A DNA stretch of 64,000 nt, taken from positions 3,436 to 67,435 of the IMG/VR virus record IMGVR_UViG_3300020161_002440, one strand, 5' to 3'. The position numbers and the translations under genes were made by a program. This document shows, piece by piece, positions 1 through 8,997 of the stretch. The notes beneath the pieces are model-generated. The model saw only the letters and a program-made list of their open reading frames with translations. It was not told the origin of the DNA and searched no databases. This DNA is from a virus. Its lineage: Duplodnaviria > Caudoviricetes. The number at the start of each line of letters is the position of its first letter. The stretch's first letter is position 1.

Positions 1-1
1 T

Positions 2-748
2 AACACTAATCCCGATATTAAATTAATTATTGCTTCCGAGGATAACTATAGAAACACAAAAACTTTAAACCCAAATTTAGATTATTTAGAATTACACAAC
101 CTAAGGATTATTAACACAGGTGTTTTTATATTAAAAAATGATAAATGGTCTATAGATTTTTTAAATAATGTGTGGGAAACTAAGAGTAATACAAATAGAG
201 GGTTTGAATTTTCTCACCAAGAAATTAACAATCATCAGTTTACATATGATTATTGGCCGTTTGAACAAGGTCCAATACATATAATTCTTTCTAAATCAAA
301 TGATAAAGATTATAAAATAGTTAATAGTGAAATTTTAAATAAATTTAGAATTTCTCATAAAAAACAAAATTTTATATGTCATTTTGTTGGAGAAGGTTCT
401 AATGATGTTTCGATTAAAAGTTATATAGAATCGTTATCTAATCAGACAAAAGGTGTTTTAGTTAAAGAATCATTAATTCCTGTAACATTTAAAGAAAAAG
501 ATGCGGTTTTAAATTTTAGGATTTTCAAAGAAGGAGAATTGTATATTTTAAAATACACTTGGGATTTTACCAAGCTTAATATTGAAAACCTAAGTCATTC
601 ATTTAGAATTGAAGAAAATAATATTAAAAGACAAATTGATTTTAATAGTGAGTATTCAGGTTCTTTTGAGTTTTATAATTTAGATAATCTAAAAATATAT
701 CATTCGTATAATTGGTTTAACGAATTTGATTGGACACAAATTGTTTGA
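2..748 (+). CDS. GT34-like (Gma12/Mnn10-type, GT-A fold) glycosyltransferase, 5'-truncated by the window edge
   Basis: The frame of ORF 170..748 is open back to base 2: ...KLIIASED...IINTGVFILKNDKWSIDFLNNVWE...WPFEQGPIHIIL...KIVNSEILNKF...NFICHFVG. This matches the GT34 motif series (N[AT]G.F..RN..WS..FL..W; EQ; F..HF.G). The DxD motif would lie upstream of the window. Confidence 0.7.
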   Translation, partial: NTNPDIKLIIASEDNYRNTKTLNPNLDYLELHNLRIINTGVFILKNDKWSIDFLNNVWETKSNTNRGFEFSHQEINNHQFTYDYWPFEQGPIHIILSKSNDKDYKIVNSEILNKFRISHKKQNFICHFVGEGSNDVSIKSYIESLSNQTKGVLVKESLIPVTFKEKDAVLNFRIFKEGELYILKYTWDFTKLNIENLSHSFRIEENNIKRQIDFNSEYSGSFEFYNLDNLKIYHSYNWFNEFDWTQIV

Positions 749-776
749 TAGTTTGTAATTATTCTGAACAATTTGG

Positions 777-783
777 TATTTAT
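777..783 (+). promoter_or_regulatory. TATTTAT late-type motif
   Basis: 13 nt upstream of ATG 797; same motif recurs before about 15 genes in sense orientation. Confidence 0.5.
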
Positions 784-796
784 AATAAAAACTTTA

Positions 797-1177
797 ATGG
801 AATTTTTTATTAAAAAAAACGCAACTCTCCCAGTATTAAAAATGCAGGTTGTAAAAGATGGTAGAAGTGATTACCATAATTTTATGGACTTAATAGAATC
901 ATCTGCAATTATTTTTACAATGGTTGATGTTGAGACTGGAATTCCCAAAATAACAGGTAAATCTGCGGGATTTGTATCTAAGACATTTGTAGACCCAAAT
1001 ACGCCAACAGAATATTACATTTATTTTAGATTTAACAAAAGAGATACAAATAAAGTTGGTAGATATGAAGGTCAATTTATGTTAAAAAACGAACAAGGTG
1101 ACTTAATCGTACCAATAAGAGAAAGACTGTTCATTAATATCCAAGACAGTTTTATTTCAGATAACGCTTGTTGCTAA
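797..1177 (+). CDS. BppU N-terminal-like virion structural protein (126 aa)
   Basis: ATG at 797 (in frame with the track start at 773, downstream of the TATTTAT motif). MEFFIKKNATLPVLKMQV...YRF...DT...GRYEGQF...LIVP resembles the BppU-N pattern (F.IK..DT.P.L...G.Y..EF). Ends in CC. Confidence 0.55.
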   Translation: MEFFIKKNATLPVLKMQVVKDGRSDYHNFMDLIESSAIIFTMVDVETGIPKITGKSAGFVSKTFVDPNTPTEYYIYFRFNKRDTNKVGRYEGQFMLKNEQGDLIVPIRERLFINIQDSFISDNACC

Positions 1178-1207
1178 TTGACTTACGATTTTAAAATTTT
1201 TATATTT
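1178..1207 (+). promoter_or_regulatory. Host-RNAP-type promoter for the DNA polymerase gene
   Basis: TTGACT (1178-1183), 17-nt spacer, TATATT(T) (1201-1207). Confidence 0.6.
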
Positions 1208-1269
1208 AATAAGGTAAGGTGAATGTCGTTTAATACGGCAGCTAATGAACCACTTAAAAAAATATATAA

Positions 1270-3984
1270 ATGATTAGTCAAGAAGAAATTAAATCCTTTT
1301 TAGAAGGTAATGACCCCGAAGAATTTATTGTCGCGGTCGAATTTGATTATGTGTCAGATTCAGTTTATAAAATTAAAGAAATCCCTGGTCAGGGTAAAGT
1401 AATTCAAAAAGACAATTTTATTGCATTTGCTTGGGTTGGAGACCTTAGAGGTTTGAATTTTTATCAAAATTCTAAAGGTGCTCAAAAAGAGTATATGTCA
1501 AAGTATGGTATTGTTATTGAAAAATTAGAGACAAGAGGTGATGACCGACTTGAAAAGGGTTTAAAATATATTGTTAAATCTTTAAAAGGTTATAGGTCAT
1601 TGATTCAGTTCTTCAGAGATGGGGGATTAGACCCTTGGAGTGATAGAGCCAAAGATTTGGTTATGATTTTACCTCCCGTTGAACAATACTTAATCCAAAG
1701 AGAAAAACGATTATTTAAAGGTTATGAAGAATACAACGATGTTACTCGACTTGTATTTGACTTGGAGACGACTGCTCTTGAACCAAAAGACGGTCGTATT
1801 TTTATGATTGGAATTAAAACCAATAAAGGATATCAAAAGGTTATTGAATGTGCCACAGAAGAACAAGAAAGACAAGGGTTAGTTCAATTCTTTAATATTA
1901 TTGATGAACTAAAACCAAGTATTATTGGTGGGTACAATTCCGCAAACTTCGACTGGTATTGGATTTTTGAAAGATGTCAGGCACTTAATTTAGATATTAA
2001 AAAAGTATGTCGTTCATTGAATCCTGCAAGAACAATATCTCAAAGAGAGAATATGTTAAAACTTGCAAATGAAGTTGAAAGGTATAATCAAGTGTCTATT
2101 TGGGGGTACAACGTAATTGATATTATCCACTCAGTTAGACGAGCCCAAGCAATTAACTCATCTATCAAATCAGCAGGATTGAAATATATTACTCAATACA
2201 TTGAAGCTGAAGCTGCCGACCGTGTGTATATTGCCCACGAAGATATTGGGTCTATGTATGCTAAAAAAGAAGAATATTGGTTAAATTTAACTAATGGAAA
2301 ATATAAAAGAACCGATAACCCATCGTTTAATGATTTAGATAAAAGGTTCCCTGGAGTTTATGTTAAAACAACAGGTGATGATATTGTAGAAAGATATCTT
2401 GACGATGACTTAGAAGAAACTTTATTAGTGGATGATGAATTCAACCAAGGTTCATTTTTGTTGGCGGCAATGATTCCAACCACATACGAAAGAGTTTCAA
2501 CTATGGGTACCGCAACATTATGGAAAATGTTGATGTTGGCTTGGTCATATAAATTCAAATTAGCAATACCTCAAAAACAAGAAAAAACCGAGTTTGTTGG
2601 AGGTTTATCTCGACTACTTAAAGTGGGATATTCTCGTAATGTTTTGAAACTTGACTTTAGTTCACTATATCCGTCAATTCAATTAGTTCACGACGTGTTC
2701 CCTCAATGTGACGTTACAGGAGGTATGAAAGCGATGTTAAAATATTTCCGAGATACACGTATCTTATATAAAAATTTGGCAGGACAGTTTGAAAAAACAG
2801 ACCCTAAAAAATCATTATCATATGACCGTAAACAATTACCAATTAAAATCTTCATCAACTCAATGTTCGGTGCGTTATCCGCACCACAAGTATTTGCTTG
2901 GGGAGATATGTATATGGGCGAACAAATTACTTGTACAGGTAGACAATATCTTCGTATGATGATTAAGTTTTTTATGAAACGTGGGTACACACCTCTTGTA
3001 ATGGATACGGACGGTGTTAACTTCTCTAAACCTGATGGTTGGGAAGACAGGAGATATATTGGTAAGGGGTTAAATTGGAAAGTAAAAGAAGGTAAAGAAT
3101 ATACTGGTGACGACGCCGACGTTGCTGAGTTTAATGATTTATTTATGAGAGGTGAAATGGCGTTAGATACTGACGGTACTTGGCCATCCTGTATTAATTT
3201 AGCACGTAAGAATTATGCGGTTATGGATGCTAAGGGTAAAGTAAAATTAACAGGTAACACTATTAAATCTAAAAAATTACCATTATATATTGAGGCGTTT
3301 TTGGATAAAGGAGTTAAACTTTTACTTGAAGGTAAGGGTCAAGAATTTGTTGAATGGTACTATGAGTATCTACAAAGAATCTTTGATAAAAAGATACCTT
3401 TAATGCAAATCGCTCAAAGAGCTAAAGTTAAACTTTCTTTAGATGATTATAATTTTAGAAGTACTCAAAAAACTAAATCAGGTGGTTCTATGAGTAAGAT
3501 GGCTCATATGGAATTAGCTATCAAACACGGTATGAATATTAACTTAGGTGATGTAATATTTTATGTTAATAATGGAACTAAAGCATCTCACGGTGATGTT
3601 CAAAAGAAAGGTAATGATACTGTTTTAAATTGTTATATTTTAGATTCTAAAGAATTAGAAAACAACCCTGATTTAACAGGTGACTATAATGTACCTAGAG
3701 CAATTACAACTTTCAATAAAAGGATTGAGCCTCTTCTTGTTGTTTTTAAAGACGAAGTTAGAGATGGTTTATTAGTAATGGACCCTGAAAAGAGAGGTCT
3801 ATTTACTAAAGAACAATGTGAATTGATTAACGGTAAACCTTTTGACCCTTCAGGACAAGATAGATTACAAGAAGATGTTTTAGATATTTCTGAACCTGAA
3901 TTAAAGTATTGGGAAAAAAGAGGATTAAGTCCTGACTATATGTATGAGTTGGCGGATGAAGGATGGGAAGAACATATTAATTAA
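1270..3984 (+). CDS. polB: Family B DNA polymerase with 3'-5' exonuclease domain
   Basis: ExoI FDLETT, ExoII GYNSANFD, ExoIII YLDDD; polymerase motifs DFSSLYPS, KIFINSMFG, MDTDG; 904 aa with no insertion. Confidence 0.97.
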   Translation: MISQEEIKSFLEGNDPEEFIVAVEFDYVSDSVYKIKEIPGQGKVIQKDNFIAFAWVGDLRGLNFYQNSKGAQKEYMSKYGIVIEKLETRGDDRLEKGLKYIVKSLKGYRSLIQFFRDGGLDPWSDRAKDLVMILPPVEQYLIQREKRLFKGYEEYNDVTRLVFDLETTALEPKDGRIFMIGIKTNKGYQKVIECATEEQERQGLVQFFNIIDELKPSIIGGYNSANFDWYWIFERCQALNLDIKKVCRSLNPARTISQRENMLKLANEVERYNQVSIWGYNVIDIIHSVRRAQAINSSIKSAGLKYITQYIEAEAADRVYIAHEDIGSMYAKKEEYWLNLTNGKYKRTDNPSFNDLDKRFPGVYVKTTGDDIVERYLDDDLEETLLVDDEFNQGSFLLAAMIPTTYERVSTMGTATLWKMLMLAWSYKFKLAIPQKQEKTEFVGGLSRLLKVGYSRNVLKLDFSSLYPSIQLVHDVFPQCDVTGGMKAMLKYFRDTRILYKNLAGQFEKTDPKKSLSYDRKQLPIKIFINSMFGALSAPQVFAWGDMYMGEQITCTGRQYLRMMIKFFMKRGYTPLVMDTDGVNFSKPDGWEDRRYIGKGLNWKVKEGKEYTGDDADVAEFNDLFMRGEMALDTDGTWPSCINLARKNYAVMDAKGKVKLTGNTIKSKKLPLYIEAFLDKGVKLLLEGKGQEFVEWYYEYLQRIFDKKIPLMQIAQRAKVKLSLDDYNFRSTQKTKSGGSMSKMAHMELAIKHGMNINLGDVIFYVNNGTKASHGDVQKKGNDTVLNCYILDSKELENNPDLTGDYNVPRAITTFNKRIEPLLVVFKDEVRDGLLVMDPEKRGLFTKEQCELINGKPFDPSGQDRLQEDVLDISEPELKYWEKRGLSPDYMYELADEGWEEHIN

Positions 3985-4014
3985 AAAAGGGGGTTAGAAC
4001 CCCCTTTTTATTTT
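3985..4014. terminator. Bidirectional intrinsic terminator between convergent genes
   Basis: AAAA-GGGGGT-TAGA-ACCCCC-TTTTT: perfect GC stem with A tract before and T tract after. Confidence 0.85.
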
Positions 4015-4348
4015 AACTCATTTTTAAACCATCCGAACTTAATATGTACCAATTCCCAATACAATATGAGAATTCTACACAAGAACCTTTATCTAATAAA
4101 AGTTCATCATATTCATCGTCAATTCTACCATTCATTGGTATTATTAATACTTTTGTTAAAGCTTTAACAACTACTCTATCAGTTGTTGTATGGTCTAAAA
4201 TAACTTTACAATTATCAATACCTTTTATAATTACTACACCTTCACCTCTTGTTTTAAATTGGGAATCGGATACAATTACTTGTTCTGATGATACCACTAA
4301 TTTACCTTGTACTATTCTTTCTGAAGGTGTGTTTCTTATTATTCCCAT
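4013..4348 (-). CDS. Hypothetical beta-rich protein, probably virion-associated (111 aa)
   Basis: Co-oriented 4 nt downstream of the gp13-like gene. C-terminal ...IDDEYDELLLDKGSCVEFSYCIGNWYILSS weakly resembles fibre/baseplate beta-sandwich repeats. Confidence 0.6.
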   Translation of the reverse strand: MGIIRNTPSERIVQGKLVVSSEQVIVSDSQFKTRGEGVVIIKGIDNCKVILDHTTTDRVVVKALTKVLIIPMNGRIDDEYDELLLDKGSCVEFSYCIGNWYILSSDGLKMS

Positions 4349-4352
4349 ATAA

Positions 4353-5465
4353 TTAAATTACGTATATTTGTCGAGGCATTGCTCTAAACTTCATTGCCTT
4401 ATTTAAATTTTCTGCCGTTAAAGCCTCTTTTTCCATCATCTTTTCAGGTCTCATTCTTTCTAATCTCAATTTAAGTTCTTCCTCTAATTTAGATTTTTCA
4501 TCCTTACCTTCCGTCAATAAACTTTGGTAATCCATAGTTAACTCACTATCAGGTGTCTTTAAATTACCACTGTATTTTCCTCTAACTCTACCTAAAGTTT
4601 CTTTACAAAGAGCAATGAACCATCTTCTAACCCATTGTTGTGCAGGATTATTTAATTCAATCCAAGAAATTTCGTCAAACGGTACATCTGAAGGTAGTTT
4701 AATAATATCAGGATTTTCTGCTAAACACTTATCTCTATCAGGACCATCAACATCGTAATACCAATACCAAACTTTACCACTATGAAAGTTAGAGTTTCCA
4801 AAATCAAATTTACCTCCAGGGGTGTTCATTAGATGAACCATTTTTTTACCATCAGGTAAAGCGGTAATTCTATATGTTAATTCAGATGATATAATTCTTC
4901 TTTGTATGTTAATTTCTTGCATTCTTAATAACATATCAAACGCTGGCATTAAGAAATAAGAACCACTATACCCTAATTGAGAGTAACCTCCAGGTCCTCC
5001 AAGACCAGGACCCCCCATAACCCCAAATGACCAAGGGTCAAACAAGATATTACTTAATTCTGCAGGTGTAAACCAAAGTAGTTCATTAATTTCCCTACCT
5101 TTAGGTATCTCATATAATTGTTGACCTTTCTTTAATTCTATAAAATCTTTTTTCAAAACCCAATCACCTCCAGCTTGTAAACCTACAATTTTAGAATATG
5201 CGTAACTATAACGAGTTTCATAATCTAAACTTCTTGTTACAAACGCTCTTGATAAAGATTGTTCATCTAAATTTAAGTTTTGTAATGAAGACCATTGAGA
5301 TTCAATTAACCAATCTTGAATGTATTGTGAATAGTCTCCAATTGCTAATTCTAACAATGAGTCTAACATTTCGTCTTCTAATTCTACACTTCTTATCGGT
5401 GCACCTAAAAGATGTTTTACTCTTGTATATAATTTTGACCTATGTGGTTCTGCTATTATTCCCAT
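4353..5465 (-). CDS. Neck / head-completion protein, T4 gp13-like
   Basis: N-term LYTRVKHLLGAPIRSVELEDEMLDSLLELAI and C-term WVRRWFIALCKETLGRVRGKY...MDYQSLLTEGKDEKSKLEEEL follow the gp13 pattern. Confidence 0.85.
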   Translation of the reverse strand: MGIIAEPHRSKLYTRVKHLLGAPIRSVELEDEMLDSLLELAIGDYSQYIQDWLIESQWSSLQNLNLDEQSLSRAFVTRSLDYETRYSYAYSKIVGLQAGGDWVLKKDFIELKKGQQLYEIPKGREINELLWFTPAELSNILFDPWSFGVMGGPGLGGPGGYSQLGYSGSYFLMPAFDMLLRMQEINIQRRIISSELTYRITALPDGKKMVHLMNTPGGKFDFGNSNFHSGKVWYWYYDVDGPDRDKCLAENPDIIKLPSDVPFDEISWIELNNPAQQWVRRWFIALCKETLGRVRGKYSGNLKTPDSELTMDYQSLLTEGKDEKSKLEEELKLRLERMRPEKMMEKEALTAENLNKAMKFRAMPRQIYVI

Positions 5466-7123
5466 ATTGCGTTTTCTGATAAATATTTGTTACAATCAAT
5501 TAATTCAATTTCACCTGTCCCAACAATTGACATAATTTCATTTTCTTTTGGAATTAAAAAATTACCTTTCTCAATTTTAATATTATTGGTTTTAAATATT
5601 TTTACAGACAATGATTTAACATTAACAAAAATAATGGTGTCTACTTTTTTATATTCTTGTGTACTTGATGAACCTTGTATTGCAATAAAGTTATCAGACA
5701 CTACAATAGTTTTATAAGGTTTTATTTGTGCGGTTAAATTTTTACCTTCCAAATTTAAAGTTGCGTCGATACCTGATAACATATCATTAGAGTGACCAGC
5801 CCCTGATTCTATTTTACAAGAACCATCTCCTAAGTTTTGATTAATTATCTTACAAGCGGCGTCTTCGTTTCTTTTACCAAGACAATCGGTCTTTTTAAGA
5901 ATACCCCCGATTTGTTTTAAAGTGTTTGATTGTTTTTCTCTGTTAAAAATGATGGAACGAATTCCGTCTAAAATAGAAAAAAATCTTCTTAATTCATTTA
6001 AATTATGTTTTGGGTCATTAGTATATTCAATAGGGGATTGATTATTCTGAGTTAAATATTGGTTAACATCTTTATGAATAATACAAAAAGCGGAATATGA
6101 TGAGGTTAAATTCATTAATAATGACCTAACATTTTCTTTGTTATATAATCCAGATTCGTGACCTACAAACAATGAATTTTTTTCTTTCCAATTTTCAGGG
6201 TAAGATTTTTTTAAAATATCCATCCATCCTTTAACATAGTCTTGTTTAAATCTTGAATATAGAGTTGTTCTTTGTTTTAAATCTGAAGAAGGGAATAATA
6301 ATTGTTTAAACTTAATTTCTTCTCCGTGAGAACAACTTTGAGATTTAGCCTCTTGTTCTGTAATAATATCTTTATTTGATGCGTTCATAAGTTGTTGCAT
6401 CACAATATCCTCGTCAATACGAGTTTCAATTTTCATTTTGTACAACTTCTCAACAAAATCCCAATTAACCGCGTCCCAAAAGTTTTTGATATATTCATCT
6501 CTTTTATTTCGATATTTTAGATAATATGCGTGTTCCCATAAATCTAATCCTAAAATCGGGTAACCACCGTTTTTAATATCGTTCATTAACGGGTTGTCTT
6601 GATTTGGGGTTGACATTATTTTTAGATTATTAGTTTTTGTTACAACTAACCAAACCCAACCAGACCCAAATCTTTCTTTGGCAATTTCTTCAAACTTCTT
6701 TTTAAAATTACCAAAAGTTTCATATTCTTTTTCAATACGTTTTAAAATTAACCCTTTTGGTTTTTGAGTTCTTGGAGATAACATTTTCCAAAATAATGCG
6801 TGGTTATAGGCCCCACCTGCGTTATTTCTAACCGTACTATTAAATCTACTTATTGTTTTAACAATCTGTTCTAAATCTAAATCCCCGAATTTTTTCTTAT
6901 CTAAAGCTAAATTTAATTTTTCTACGTATCCTTTATAATGTTTATTATAATGGACATCCATTGTTTCGGGGTCTATAAATCTTTTAAGGGAACTATACGA
7001 GTAAGGTAATTTTTCAATACCTATTTTTTTCATTTCGTTGATGAAGAATTTTTTTGCGAAGTCTTTTTCATTTTTTTGAACTTCCTCTTCTAACGTTTCA
7101 ATCTTATTTACTAGATTTTTCAT
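5456..7123 (-). CDS. sodA: Fe/Mn superoxide dismutase (Mn-type signature) fused to a ~300-aa C-terminal domain with a PD-(D/E)XK-like motif
   Basis: Metal ligands H58 (TMDVHYNKHY), H108 (NNAGGAYNH), D194/H198 (DLWEHAYY); gateway H62/Y66; GG103-104 and Q175 (TPNQDNP) are Mn-type determinants. C-terminal E420...D447-x5-D453...Q466-I-K468. Confidence 0.9.
   Translation of the reverse strand: MKNLVNKIETLEEEVQKNEKDFAKKFFINEMKKIGIEKLPYSYSSLKRFIDPETMDVHYNKHYKGYVEKLNLALDKKKFGDLDLEQIVKTISRFNSTVRNNAGGAYNHALFWKMLSPRTQKPKGLILKRIEKEYETFGNFKKKFEEIAKERFGSGWVWLVVTKTNNLKIMSTPNQDNPLMNDIKNGGYPILGLDLWEHAYYLKYRNKRDEYIKNFWDAVNWDFVEKLYKMKIETRIDEDIVMQQLMNASNKDIITEQEAKSQSCSHGEEIKFKQLLFPSSDLKQRTTLYSRFKQDYVKGWMDILKKSYPENWKEKNSLFVGHESGLYNKENVRSLLMNLTSSYSAFCIIHKDVNQYLTQNNQSPIEYTNDPKHNLNELRRFFSILDGIRSIIFNREKQSNTLKQIGGILKKTDCLGKRNEDAACKIINQNLGDGSCKIESGAGHSNDMLSGIDATLNLEGKNLTAQIKPYKTIVVSDNFIAIQGSSSTQEYKKVDTIIFVNVKSLSVKIFKTNNIKIEKGNFLIPKENEIMSIVGTGEIELIDCNKYLSENAIWE
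5479..5485 (-). promoter_or_regulatory. TATTTAT late-type motif (minus strand)
   Basis: ATAAATA on + strand, 13 nt upstream of the gp13-like start at 5465. Confidence 0.5.
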
Positions 7124-7146
7124 ATTTTAAGGCTTTTATTTATCTA

Positions 7147-7153
7147 ATAAATA
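7147..7153 (-). promoter_or_regulatory. TATTTAT late-type motif (minus strand)
   Basis: ATAAATA on + strand, 23 nt upstream of the SOD start at 7123. Confidence 0.45.
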
Positions 7154-7168
7154 ACAAGAATTATAAAT

Positions 7169-8950
7169 TTATCTACTGTTTTGAATCATCTTAAGGATTT
7201 CTTCAACAACATCTGCAGGGTCTGAGTTAACATTATCCCCCATAACAACACTAATAATTTGTTTTTTCTTAGAAAGTATGTCGTAGATAACACCTTCGAT
7301 AGTATTTTCAAAAATCGGATAAAATACGGACACATTTGATTTTTGACCGTATCTATACGCTCGGTCTTCAGCTTGACTGTGTTCTGCAGGTACAAAAGAC
7401 AAGTCATTCATAATAACCGCTTCAGCGGCAGTAAGGGTTAAACCAACTCCAGCGGCTTTAAGATTCCCTACAAATATTTTAATTTTATTATTAGTTTGAA
7501 ATTCATCCACCGCATATTGTCTTTGAACTGGAGAACAACTACCATCAAGATATACACATTCTTTTCCAAATTTCTCAACAATCTTTTTTAACGTGTCTGT
7601 AAAATTGGTAAAGATTATAACTTTTTTACCTTGTTCTAAAATATTTTCAGCTAATTCAAAGGTTGATTGTAATTTTTCTTCGGCAATTATTTGACGAACT
7701 TTCATTAGTTTTGAAAATTGTAAGGTTAGGGATGATGATTCTTCTTCTTTTTTATCATACCAATCATAATACTCACCCATTAATTCTTCATATAATTTTG
7801 AACGTAATCTTAGGTATACGGGAGTTATGATTTTATCAGGTAAATCTAAAACATCCTCTTTTAATCTTCTTAAGAATTGTATAGATGTCCTGTCTCTTAG
7901 TTCCTCAAGATTAGACGCTCCTGTGGTTTTCCAAATTTTCCTATTACCAACTTTAAATTGATATCCTTCACAATATCTAATTGCATAAGCCATCCAATTT
8001 TGAGCAACAGGACTATCAATTAAATTTAATAAATTATAATAATTCATTGGTCGTGATGTCATAGGTGTACCTGATAACAACCAAATTTTATCAATGGTCT
8101 TTGCAAAATCGTTAACTAATTTAGTTCTTTGTGCTTGTGAATTACTAACCGCGTGAGCTTCATCTAAAATAACTAAATCAAACTTTGATTTTAAAATTAA
8201 AGAATCTTGTCTTTCTTTTTTTTCTGTTGTATGAAAATTCTTAAGTATATCGTAATTTATTATAACAAAGTCGTGTTCCGTTGAGTAATTTTTACCTTCA
8301 CAAATATAAACACTTCTATCAGTGTAATTTTGAATCTCTCTCATCCAATTTATCTTTAAAGATGCGGGGCACACGATTAAAACTTTTTTAGAACCTGTTT
8401 CTAACGCGGCAATAATTGTTGAAGTAGTTTTACCTAACCCCATATCATCAGCCAAAATAAATTTTTTACAACCAACTAATTTTTCAATAGCTTCTTTCTG
8501 ATGTTGTAAAGGTGGTCTATGTCCATATTTGGAATAATCTATTTCAACTTTCTCAACTTTATGAGTTTTTATGACCGCACCTTTTGGTAACCAAAATTCG
8601 TGTAAATCCTCATTCTCAAAAATTTTTCCCCAAATGTGATATGATTTATCTTTCTCAACTAATAATTTTTCAATCCAAACTTGTTCAGGTATTTTGGTGT
8701 ATAATTTTTCGTCGGCAATTTTCTTAGCAAAATACGGGTCTAAATCTACCCACTTTTTAGCTATTTTAGGAACTACATTATGAAAATTTACAATATATTC
8801 AGATTGTGCTCTTGTAGGATAAAACTTTTTATTAAGTTCTTGTTGTCTTTTTAACCTTAGTAAATAATTGTTTGCACCAGAATACGACTCAAGGATGTTG
8901 AGTGCTTTTTGTTCTAATAATTGACTTATTTCTCGGTTGTTATTTTCCAA
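7169..8950 (-). CDS. SNF2/SWI2-family SF2 helicase-like ATPase
   Basis: ILADDMGLGKT (motif I), LIVCPASL-type Ia (LIVCPASLKINW), DEAH, LSGTP, GVGLTL, QAEDRAYRYGQ (motif VI); TTG start. Confidence 0.95.
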   Translation of the reverse strand: MENNNREISQLLEQKALNILESYSGANNYLLRLKRQQELNKKFYPTRAQSEYIVNFHNVVPKIAKKWVDLDPYFAKKIADEKLYTKIPEQVWIEKLLVEKDKSYHIWGKIFENEDLHEFWLPKGAVIKTHKVEKVEIDYSKYGHRPPLQHQKEAIEKLVGCKKFILADDMGLGKTTSTIIAALETGSKKVLIVCPASLKINWMREIQNYTDRSVYICEGKNYSTEHDFVIINYDILKNFHTTEKKERQDSLILKSKFDLVILDEAHAVSNSQAQRTKLVNDFAKTIDKIWLLSGTPMTSRPMNYYNLLNLIDSPVAQNWMAYAIRYCEGYQFKVGNRKIWKTTGASNLEELRDRTSIQFLRRLKEDVLDLPDKIITPVYLRLRSKLYEELMGEYYDWYDKKEEESSSLTLQFSKLMKVRQIIAEEKLQSTFELAENILEQGKKVIIFTNFTDTLKKIVEKFGKECVYLDGSCSPVQRQYAVDEFQTNNKIKIFVGNLKAAGVGLTLTAAEAVIMNDLSFVPAEHSQAEDRAYRYGQKSNVSVFYPIFENTIEGVIYDILSKKKQIISVVMGDNVNSDPADVVEEILKMIQNSR

Positions 8951-8967
8951 AGTACATTATTTATGTA

Positions 8968-8996
8968 ATGATAATAAATTTTTGGATATTTATCAA
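8968..8996 (-). promoter_or_regulatory. Host-RNAP-type promoter for the SNF2 helicase
   Basis: Minus strand TTGATA (8996-8991), 17-nt spacer, TATCAT (8973-8968); overlaps the divergent TATTTAT motif. Confidence 0.4.
8987..8993 (+). promoter_or_regulatory. TATTTAT late-type motif
   Basis: 4 nt upstream of ATG 8998. Confidence 0.45.
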
Positions 8997-8997
8997 T

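Noticed and set aside
3-15. 13-mer ACACTAATCCCGA shared with 40152..40164 (terminator arm)
   Set aside because: The first copy is inside the GT coding frame and lacks the hairpin; 13-mer matches are expected by chance in 64 kb of AT-rich DNA.
1237-1249. GCAGCTAATGA resembling the fluoride-riboswitch 3' part or a hammerhead core
   Set aside because: The required 5' P1/pseudoknot (GAUGG) and the hammerhead CUGANGA/GAAA elements are absent.
2850-3020. PolB motif variants NSMFG (for NSxYG) and MDTDG (for YGDTDS)
   Set aside because: Catalytic Asp residues and the steric-gate Tyr (SLYPS) are intact; conservative lineage variation is more likely than altered chemistry.
4337-5465. Adjacent minus-strand genes share their first 12 nt (ATGGGAATAATA, MGII)
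   Set aside because: Too short to separate from chance or shared initiation bias; no further similarity.
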